Below are positions 8,061 to 13,951 of a stretch of 24,000 nucleotides of DNA, in pieces (within the stretch, counting starts at the first letter, position 1; each line of letters opens with the position of its first letter). The notes under the pieces are model-generated. The model was not told the origin of the DNA, did no database searches, and was given only the letters and a program-made list of their open reading frames with translations. The position numbers and the translations under genes were made by a program. The DNA is from an archaeon. GTDB taxonomy: Archaea; Nanobdellota; Nanobdellia; Pacearchaeales; GW2011-AR1. The DNA lies in the NCBI GenBank assembly GCA_018697035.1, contig JABHSE010000004.1:20211-44210 (forward strand), given 5' to 3'.

Positions 8061-9782
8061 CTATTTTTCTCCAACCTCAACCTCAACCTCATCCAAAGTA
8101 GCAATATCAGAAACCCTCCTATCCGGCCTCATTCTCAAAATCCTAGGAAACCTCAAAGCAAACCCACTAGAATTCGCCGGACTCCTCTGCACATCCTGAA
8201 AACGAACTGATACCACAACCTCAGGCCGAACCTCAACATGCCTCCCATCAACTTTCGTCACCAACTTCTCCAGCATATCCGTCATCTCCCCAAACGTCAA
8301 CTCGCTCCCAACTCCCAGCTCCGAACCCCCAACCTCCGCAGAAATCTCCTTCAACCCAGTAGAAACCTTACCAATCCCAAGCAACTCTCCATCATCCCGA
8401 CAAGAAACATCAAAACTCGTCAACCACCCAGCTCTCTTCCCAGTCCCCCACTCAGCACCCGTAATCACCAAATCAAAATCGCTATCCTCTGGCTTCAACT
8501 TCACAGCATGCCCAATCCTCGCACCAGGCTTATACGGAGCATCAAGCCGACGACCCATCAACCCCTCCTGATCATCCTCTAAAGCCGCATTATAAAACGC
8601 CTCAACCTCAGCCTCATCCGAAGTCACAATCTGCTTAGCCAAAACAATCTTCTTTTCCTCAACTCGAACAATCTCCTCGATCAATTTACGCCTCTTCTCA
8701 AAAGCAACATTAATCAAGCTATCCCCATCAAGAAACACAACATCAAAAACAACCAACTCAACTGGCAACTTCGCCCTCATCTCCGAGATCCCATGCTTCC
8801 TTCGAATTCTCTGACTAATCGCCTGAAAATCGGTATACTTCCCCGTCACAGAGTCGAACCCAACTGCCTCACAATCCAAAATAAAACTCTTCTCCGTAAC
8901 ATTAGATTCAACAGCTTCGACAATATCAGGAAACTGCTTAGTCACATTCTCCAAAGCTCTAGTAAAAATCTTAACCTCACCATTCTCATCTTTATTCACC
9001 ATCACCCGAAATCCATCATACTTATACTCAAACGCAGCCGGCCGACCAACAATCCGAAACGCATCCTCAACATTCGCAGCCTTAGGAAACAACATCACCT
9101 TCAACGGCTTCCCCGCAACCATCTTAATCTTCTCTAACTCATCCACACAAGCTTTCTCAAAAACCTCCGCAAAATCCGTCGCCTTATCATACGCCTCCTG
9201 AACAGCCCGCGCACAAACCTTCTTATCCTCCAAGCTCTCCGGTGCAAAACAATAAACCGCAATCGCATCCCGAAGTATACCAACCCCAACCCCAATCTTC
9301 AAGTCAGAAAGCACAGTCCTCACAATATACCTAGCCTCAATCGCCGAAGCCGAATGTAACAAATCAACAATATACCCAATCTTCAAGTCCACTGCCCCCG
9401 AACCTTCCACATCAACCAATTTTCGCAAATTCCCCATCACTTTCTCAACACTAAGCTTTCCCTCAAACAGACCCTGCTGCTTTTTTCCCTTCCCTAAAAC
9501 ACTCTCAGCAACCAAACCTAAATCCCCACTCTTCCGAAAACTCTCAACAACTTCATCCTCCGAAATCCCAGCAGCCCGACCCACAGCCTTAATCACCAAC
9601 TGATGCGAAATCCCAAGTTCTTTAGATTCATAATCCGCAAACAACTGTCCACGAAGCAAATAAACAAACTCAGGACTGTCTCTAATCTCCCCCAAAAAAG
9701 AAGCAAGAATCTCAGTCTTCTCAAGCCCACTCGCCGTCCCCTCAAGCGCAGTATAAACCTCACATATCCTCGAATAATCCAT
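8061..9782 (-). CDS. lig: ATP-dependent DNA ligase
   Basis: ORF 8061..9839 starts with GTG. I prefer the ATG at 9782 (MDYSRICEVY...). Adenylation motif FEYKYDGFRVMV, then EGLMGRRLDAPYKPGAR, with an OB-fold-type C-terminus. Confidence 0.9.
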   Translation of the reverse strand: MDYSRICEVYTALEGTASGLEKTEILASFLGEIRDSPEFVYLLRGQLFADYESKELGISHQLVIKAVGRAAGISEDEVVESFRKSGDLGLVAESVLGKGKKQQGLFEGKLSVEKVMGNLRKLVDVEGSGAVDLKIGYIVDLLHSASAIEARYIVRTVLSDLKIGVGVGILRDAIAVYCFAPESLEDKKVCARAVQEAYDKATDFAEVFEKACVDELEKIKMVAGKPLKVMLFPKAANVEDAFRIVGRPAAFEYKYDGFRVMVNKDENGEVKIFTRALENVTKQFPDIVEAVESNVTEKSFILDCEAVGFDSVTGKYTDFQAISQRIRRKHGISEMRAKLPVELVVFDVVFLDGDSLINVAFEKRRKLIEEIVRVEEKKIVLAKQIVTSDEAEVEAFYNAALEDDQEGLMGRRLDAPYKPGARIGHAVKLKPEDSDFDLVITGAEWGTGKRAGWLTSFDVSCRDDGELLGIGKVSTGLKEISAEVGGSELGVGSELTFGEMTDMLEKLVTKVDGRHVEVRPEVVVSVRFQDVQRSPANSSGFALRFPRILRMRPDRRVSDIATLDEVEVEVGEK

Positions 9783-9883
9783 AACATAACTAAGCAGTAT
9801 CCAATTAAATAACTTCCGCGCGCACGAAGCGCGCAACACTCAGACTCCCAACTCCTAGCGAAGCGTACACCAAACTCTTAACT

Positions 9884-9904
9884 ACAATTTCCAAAGGAAA
9901 TTGT
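9884..9904. promoter_or_regulatory. Perfect 9-bp inverted repeat (acaatttcc aaa ggaaattgt) between the divergent lig and trx genes
   Basis: Read directly from the sequence. It is centred about 58 nt upstream of the trx ATG and upstream of the trx TATA-like box. Confidence 0.4.
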
Positions 9905-9922
9905 TAACACCGCTCCCAAACC

Positions 9923-9932
9923 TTTATAAAAA
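9923..9932 (+). promoter_or_regulatory. TATA-like box for trx
   Basis: 'tttataaaaa' is centred about 25 nt upstream of the ATG at 9952, implying a leaderless or near-leaderless mRNA. Confidence 0.5.
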
Positions 9933-9951
9933 ATAATCAATTTAATCAACA

Positions 9952-10275
9952 ATGGAAATCAACGTAACCGACATAAACTTCCAAAAAGAAGTAATAAAAA
10001 AATCAAGTGAAACCCCAGTCCTAGTAGACTTCTGGGCTTCATGGTGCGGACCCTGCATGATGCTAGGCCCAACGCTAGAAAAAATCGCAAAAGAATACGA
10101 TGGAAAACTGATAGTAGCAAAAGCAGCAACTGACGAGAACGCAGATGCAGCATCCAAATTCGGAGTAATGTCAATCCCAGCAGTAAAACTTTTCAAAGAC
10201 GGCAAAGTCATAGACGAATTCGTCGGAGCCCAACCCGAAGCCACAATCAAACAATGGCTAGATCAAAAATTATAA
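9952..10275 (+). CDS. trxA: Thioredoxin
   Basis: 107 aa with the WCGPC active site (FWASWCGPCMMLGP) and a thioredoxin-fold pattern (...MSIPAVKLFKDGK...). Confidence 0.95.
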   Translation: MEINVTDINFQKEVIKKSSETPVLVDFWASWCGPCMMLGPTLEKIAKEYDGKLIVAKAATDENADAASKFGVMSIPAVKLFKDGKVIDEFVGAQPEATIKQWLDQKL

Positions 10276-10314
10276 TTATAAAAAATCCGTGCAATCCGCG
10301 AAATCCGTGAGCAA

Positions 10315-11034
10315 TTATTCCCCTTCCCCAAAACAAACATCTCGCAAAACCTTCTTCCCAACAAACTCATCGTTTTCCTGAAACCGGTCCATCTCAATCC
10401 ACCGAAACCCATCCCCCTTCGCAATCTCATTAGGAGCTAAAGCACTCGGAAACGCCTTCAACCCGGCAACATCCTCCTCACTAATCCAATGATTCTCCCC
10501 CTCCCTAGTCTTCTCAATTAACTCCCCACGAGGATTCGTAGCCAAGATAACAAACATTTGATGATTATAACTAAGCTTCCCATTATTATAAGTCTTATAA
10601 GAACAAAGTCCCTTCAGCTCCAAATCACAAACCAACCCACTCTCCTCCATCAACTCCGCAGCCGCAGCCTCATAAATATACTGATCAAACTTCAACTTCC
10701 CAGCAATCGAACCCCAATAACTATAAAACGGCTCCTTCTTTCTCTCACACATCAAAAACTTTTTCTTCACATCATCATAAACGACAATAACAACACAAAC
10801 CAAAGGAGCCCTAGCTTTCTCCCCACTCTCACCCTCGAGATAGGCACAATACTTTTTCCCCTCACTACTTAAACAATATACTTCTTTTACTTTATCCACC
10901 AACCTATCCTCAACCAAAACCTTCAAATGATAAGCAAACAAATTACTCGCTCCAACATTACCCCACAACTCATTAAAACCCATCTCCCGCTTATGCATCA
11001 ACTTCCGCAAAATCTCCCGCCGTTCTTTCTTCAT
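10315..11034 (-). CDS. Winged-helix (ArsR-like) plus Nudix-domain fusion protein
   Basis: N-terminus RREILRKLMHKREMGFNELWGNVGASNLFAYHLKVLVEDRLV is wHTH-like. The Nudix box GKLKFDQYIYEAAAAELMEESGL compares with the consensus GX5EX7REUXEEXGU. The first E is Q and the R is A, while the EUXEEXGU part is intact. Confidence 0.75.
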   Translation of the reverse strand: MKKERREILRKLMHKREMGFNELWGNVGASNLFAYHLKVLVEDRLVDKVKEVYCLSSEGKKYCAYLEGESGEKARAPLVCVVIVVYDDVKKKFLMCERKKEPFYSYWGSIAGKLKFDQYIYEAAAAELMEESGLVCDLELKGLCSYKTYNNGKLSYNHQMFVILATNPRGELIEKTREGENHWISEEDVAGLKAFPSALAPNEIAKGDGFRWIEMDRFQENDEFVGKKVLRDVCFGEGE

Positions 11035-11107
11035 GTCAAAATAATAAAATCAAACTATATAAAATACTATCTCAAAAACATTTGAGCACTCCAATCTCTC
11101 AAGTAGA

Positions 11108-11179
11108 AAAGTCATAGACGAATTCGTCGGCGCACAACCAGAAGCCACAATCAAACAATGGCTAGATCAGAAGTTATAA
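11108..11179 (+). pseudogene. Detached second copy of the last 23 codons plus stop of thioredoxin
   Basis: 72 nt align with 10204-10275 without gaps. There are 5 differences (gga/ggc, gcc/gca, ccc/cca, caa/cag, aaa/aag), all at synonymous third positions. Both copies translate to KVIDEFVGAQPEATIKQWLDQKL*. Upstream of 11108 the homology decays, with an in-frame-breaking deletion and a tag. Confidence 0.9.
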
Positions 11180-11476
11180 AAAAATTCTATCAAGATAAAA
11201 GAGATAGTAGACGACTACAAATACTCCAATAAGTCCAATTGTAACAATTGCGATCCAATAGAGAGGAAAAATAAGTATCCTGAGAAAAAGGGGTACATTA
11301 AATTTTTTAAAAAAAGTCTCTATCTCAAGATGTCTCCTAATGTCAAAAACAACCAACCCATAAATTACTGAAATAAATAATGCACTAGTTAGTTCTCTAG
11401 AGAAAGTTAAAGCAAAGTATTCTTGTAATGTTTGTGTAGTTTGATTAACACAGTTGAGACAGATTGTGCCGTTCAT
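11174..11476 (-). CDS. Hypothetical membrane protein (100 aa, about 3 TM)
   Basis: ORF from the track with the ATG at 11476. It has hydrophobic segments. Its last two codons are read from the antisense of the trx fragment. Confidence 0.5.
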   Translation of the reverse strand: MNGTICLNCVNQTTQTLQEYFALTFSRELTSALFISVIYGLVVFDIRRHLEIETFFKKFNVPLFLRILIFPLYWIAIVTIGLIGVFVVVYYLFYLDRIFL

Positions 11477-11537
11477 AAAAAATCAAACAAATATTACTTT
11501 TTAAAAAAACACCATACTCCAAACTATATATTAGAAT

Positions 11538-12107
11538 CTAATTCCCTCTTCGCCTATTCGCCCTCAAACTAGGAAACGCCTTAGGAACACTCTCTCGCCT
11601 ATTCCTCTGCTGTCCCCGAGCCTTCTTCCCACTCGAAGTCAAACCACGCAAAGCCCTCTTCTTAGGAGCCTTAACAAACGGACCTAATTGCTTATCAACC
11701 AAAATACCAGCCTCACTTCTATCAACCAAAATAACCTCGTAAAAATAATTCATCCCATCCTTACCAATCCAATAACTCCCCAAGACTTCCATATTAACAT
11801 ACTTCTTCTGGACACGACCCTCCGCAATCTCCTTATAATTCATCCTCAAATTCTTCCTAATATGCAACCTCTTAGTCCTCCTCGCCTTATTCGGCCTACT
11901 CCTATGATGCCCACCACGCTTAATCTTAACACGAACAACAACAATCCCTTTCTTCGCCTTATACCCCAAACTACGAGCCCTGTCCAATCTCAAAGGCTTC
12001 TCAACCTTAGTAATAGCCCCATCCTTTCTCCAATCAATCATACGCGCACGCAAAGTCAAAACATCCGGCTTTCTCCACGCCTCACGCAAATACTTCATTA
12101 AACCCAT
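11538..12107 (-). CDS. rpl15e: Ribosomal protein eL15 (L15e)
   Basis: MGLMKYLREAWRKP...RLDRARSLGYKAKKGIVVVRVKIKRGG...: highly basic and typical of L15e. A TATA-like 'aaactttaaaaagg' box lies about 27 nt upstream. Confidence 0.9.
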   Translation of the reverse strand: MGLMKYLREAWRKPDVLTLRARMIDWRKDGAITKVEKPLRLDRARSLGYKAKKGIVVVRVKIKRGGHHRSRPNKARRTKRLHIRKNLRMNYKEIAEGRVQKKYVNMEVLGSYWIGKDGMNYFYEVILVDRSEAGILVDKQLGPFVKAPKKRALRGLTSSGKKARGQQRNRRESVPKAFPSLRANRRRGN

Positions 12108-12226
12108 AACAACTAATCAAAGATTTCCTTTTTAAAGTTTTAGTCTAGCAAAAATTCTAACTCCCAAACTTTAGCTCACAAGAGATACCTAAAGGGTTAT
12201 AAATAAAAAATCCTCTCCATTTCTAT

Positions 12227-12300
12227 GAGGCTGTGGCGCAGTCAGGTAGCGCACTGCTCTGATAAGGCAGGGGTCCGCGGTTCAAATCCGCGCAGCCTCA
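12227..12300 (+). tRNA. tRNA-Ile (anticodon GAT), 74 nt, no encoded CCA, no intron
   Basis: Hand-folded. Acceptor gaggctg/cagcctc, D arm gcgc-agtcaggta-gcgc, anticodon arm ctgct-CTGATAA-ggcag, variable gggtc, T arm cgcgg-ttcaaat-ccgcg, discriminator a. A TATA-like 'ttataaataaaaaa' box lies about 30 nt upstream. Confidence 0.9.
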
Positions 12301-12322
12301 TATGGATCTGAAACAAGGACGT

Positions 12323-12414
12323 GTCCGTGGCGAACAATTTGCTCGAATTTTTATTGCAAAGCAATTATAAAAATTTTAGAGTGAATTGTGAGTAAAATCC
12401 GCGCAGCCTCATAT
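12323..12414 (+). repeat. Partial second copy of the tRNA-Ile 3' third, interrupted by a 65-nt palindromic module
   Basis: gtccgtgg (12323-12330) matches the tRNA variable/T-stem gtccgcgg (12273-12280). The module occupies 12331-12395. aaatccgcgcagcctcatat (12395-12414) is an exact copy of 12284-12303. Confidence 0.85.
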
Positions 12415-12424
12415 TAATTAAGAA

Positions 12425-13048
12425 TTAAATCATATTCTTAGCATCTTCCCGAATCATCCCCACAATCTCCGGAAACTCCTCTACATCAAAATGCCCATTT
12501 TTATCATCATAAACAAAAATCTCAACCTCGCCCAACTTATCCCGATACTTCTCAGCGTGCGAAATAGGAACACAATCATCATCGGAAGAAAACATCAAAA
12601 CAACTCGCCCACAATTCTTCTCAATCAAACTCAAATCCTCCCCCAACTCAAATCCACCAACCAAATCTTCCCCGATTAAATCATTATCAAACGGAGGACA
12701 AACTAAATAAACAGAAATAATATTTTTATCGACAACATTCTCAGATAGGTATTTAGTCAAAAAAATTCCACCCAAAGAAGACCCAGCCAAAATAAAATTA
12801 TCATCCATCTCCTCAAGATATCTCTCAAACCAAATCTTCCAATCCTCATATTCAGCACAATCCTGCAAGGGCATTCTCGGCTTAACAATCTGAAAATCCT
12901 CTCCAAGACCATTCTTCAAATAATCCCCATGCCAACTATTTTTAAAATCAAGCTTAATACTCCGAGTCTTTAACCAATCTAGATAATCATCCCGACTCTT
13001 GAAAGTCATACCACCCCCAATACAAAGTACCTGAATTTTCTTCTTCAT
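12425..13048 (-). CDS. Alpha/beta-fold serine hydrolase (YdeN/RBBP9-like)
   Basis: 207 aa. Nucleophile elbow GSSLGG, later SSDDDCVP and a NGHF-type Asp/His. Size and order fit the small YdeN-type serine hydrolases. Confidence 0.65.
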   Translation of the reverse strand: MKKKIQVLCIGGGMTFKSRDDYLDWLKTRSIKLDFKNSWHGDYLKNGLGEDFQIVKPRMPLQDCAEYEDWKIWFERYLEEMDDNFILAGSSLGGIFLTKYLSENVVDKNIISVYLVCPPFDNDLIGEDLVGGFELGEDLSLIEKNCGRVVLMFSSDDDCVPISHAEKYRDKLGEVEIFVYDDKNGHFDVEEFPEIVGMIREDAKNMI

Positions 13049-13144
13049 GATAAAATTAACCTAAACCAATTTATATAATTTCCGGGCTCACCAGAGTCAT
13101 GCCATACGTGGCCAAAACAAAACTTAGCCAAGCCTCGCGCATGA

Positions 13145-13209
13145 GCGCTACCTCCATCATTCAAAGAACGATAACCACCATTTTTCAAAGAAAAATAACC
13201 ACCGTTTCG
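13145..13209. repeat. Three imperfect tandem units of period 24 nt in an intergenic spacer
   Basis: 'ataaccacc' occurs at 13171 and 13195, 'caaagaa' at 13162 and 13186, and a degenerate unit 'ctacctccatcat' sits at 13147. Confidence 0.7.
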
Positions 13210-13242
13210 CAAAGCGAAACAACCCCCAGTCGCTTCGCGACT
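13204..13242 (-). terminator. Two perfect hairpins just after the Hsp20-like gene; the second is followed by an oligo-T tract on the minus strand
   Basis: agtcgc-ttc-gcgact (13228-13242) overlaps the stop codon. gtttcgc-aaa-gcgaaac (13204-13220) is followed on the minus strand by ggtggttatttttctttg. Confidence 0.4.
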
Positions 13243-13876
13243 ATCCTCGCAACTCAACCGAAACCTTCTCCCTATCAATCCGCATCCCCAAAATCTCAAC
13301 CTTCATCGGAATCACCTTAACATAACACTTATCCTGAGCATACGCCCGAATCTCTATCCCAGTCTCAAGCTCAGTCAAAACAACATCCTCCTTGTTCACA
13401 ATCCCAGGCGCTTCAATCTCATAAACAATAACATCCCCAAGTCTCTTAACCCTAGATTTAGCATCAACCTTCTTAAGCTCAGCCCGTCTCTTCCCCTCTT
13501 CTTCCGAAACTACAACAACACTTCTTTTGACAGCCGGCTTTTTCTGAACAACCTGCGGACCACCCCGGCCCCTAGCAATCTGAATCTTCAAGCCCTTAGG
13601 CATCCCCGTCTTCTCATCAACCTCCATATTCCCAAGCTGCTTCTCTAACTGATTAATCAAACCCCCCATAAGCTTCTCAACACCGAATGGCAACTTCAAA
13701 TCAGGGTCACCAGAGCCATGCCTGTCTGAGGCGGACTGAATACGCCCTCCATCATTAGCACCAAGCATCCCAAGATCCTTACTATCTCCAACCTTAAGAG
13801 ACCCACCACACCAGGGACAATAATTAAATTTCCTATCAACTTTCTCCGCGCAGCCTCGACACTTCTTCTTAAACAT
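13241..13876 (-). CDS. Zinc-ribbon plus Hsp20/alpha-crystallin-like domain protein
   Basis: ATG at 13876 (MFKKKCRGCAEKVDRKFNYCPWCG gives a CxxC...CxxC ribbon). The C-terminus RLGDVIVYEIEAPGIVNKEDVVLTELETGIEIRA...YVKVIP is ACD-like. Confidence 0.7.
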   Translation of the reverse strand: MFKKKCRGCAEKVDRKFNYCPWCGGSLKVGDSKDLGMLGANDGGRIQSASDRHGSGDPDLKLPFGVEKLMGGLINQLEKQLGNMEVDEKTGMPKGLKIQIARGRGGPQVVQKKPAVKRSVVVVSEEEGKRRAELKKVDAKSRVKRLGDVIVYEIEAPGIVNKEDVVLTELETGIEIRAYAQDKCYVKVIPMKVEILGMRIDREKVSVELRG

Positions 13877-13951
13877 CAACTAGAAAAAAATATCAACTAC
13901 TTAAATCTTTGTAAACACACTTCACATTTAAACAACTCACTTCGACGAAAA

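Noticed and set aside
9783-9839. N-terminal extensions given by the ORF track (lig to 9839, MFS to 15454, serS to 22340, minD to 19100, FKBP to 7283, hflK to 1812, DUF1963 to 4257 and others)
   Set aside because: The extended starts are TTG or GTG codons and run through TATA-like boxes or hairpins. Conserved N-termini begin at internal ATGs that sit 25-30 nt downstream of a TATA-like box or 6-7 nt downstream of an SD.
10276-10314. Three tandem 'aatccg(t/c)g' units after the trx stop codon; one (aatccgcg) equals the tRNA-Ile T-arm 3' strand and 'gtgagcaa' resembles the module end 'gtgagtaa'
   Set aside because: The matches are only 7-8 nt, too short to separate from chance. On the minus strand the units plus the following T-run read more simply as the terminator region of the Nudix gene.
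12301-12395. A miniature casposon or MITE bounded by a 16-20 bp target-site duplication at the tRNA 3' end
   Set aside because: The sequences just inside the two direct repeats are not inverted repeats of each other, since the palindrome is internal and right-justified. The left parts of the two inserts are unrelated. The pseudo-copy also includes the T-stem 5' strand upstream of the module, which a simple TSD model does not predict. No Cas1 or transposase is in the window. The idea is kept only as a partial hypothesis in the findings.
12281-12414. A non-canonical tRNA intron (bulge-helix-bulge) or split/permuted tRNA as the explanation for the duplicated T-arm and acceptor sequences
   Set aside because: The proximal tRNAs are complete and fold canonically without the distal part. 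The sequences flanking the module do not give the helix / 3-nt bulge / 4-bp helix / 3-nt bulge geometry, because the 3' side has gagtaaaat between the helix and the T-stem strand. In the Lys locus the distal acceptor strand is mutated and cannot pair with the 5' acceptor strand.
13045-13299. An 84-aa minus-strand ORF from the track (with repeated NGGY-SL peptides)
   Set aside because: It reads through the 24-nt tandem repeats and hairpins of the spacer, overlaps the end of the Hsp20-like gene, and has no promoter or SD context. The repeat-encoded peptide periodicity is a by-product of the DNA repeat.
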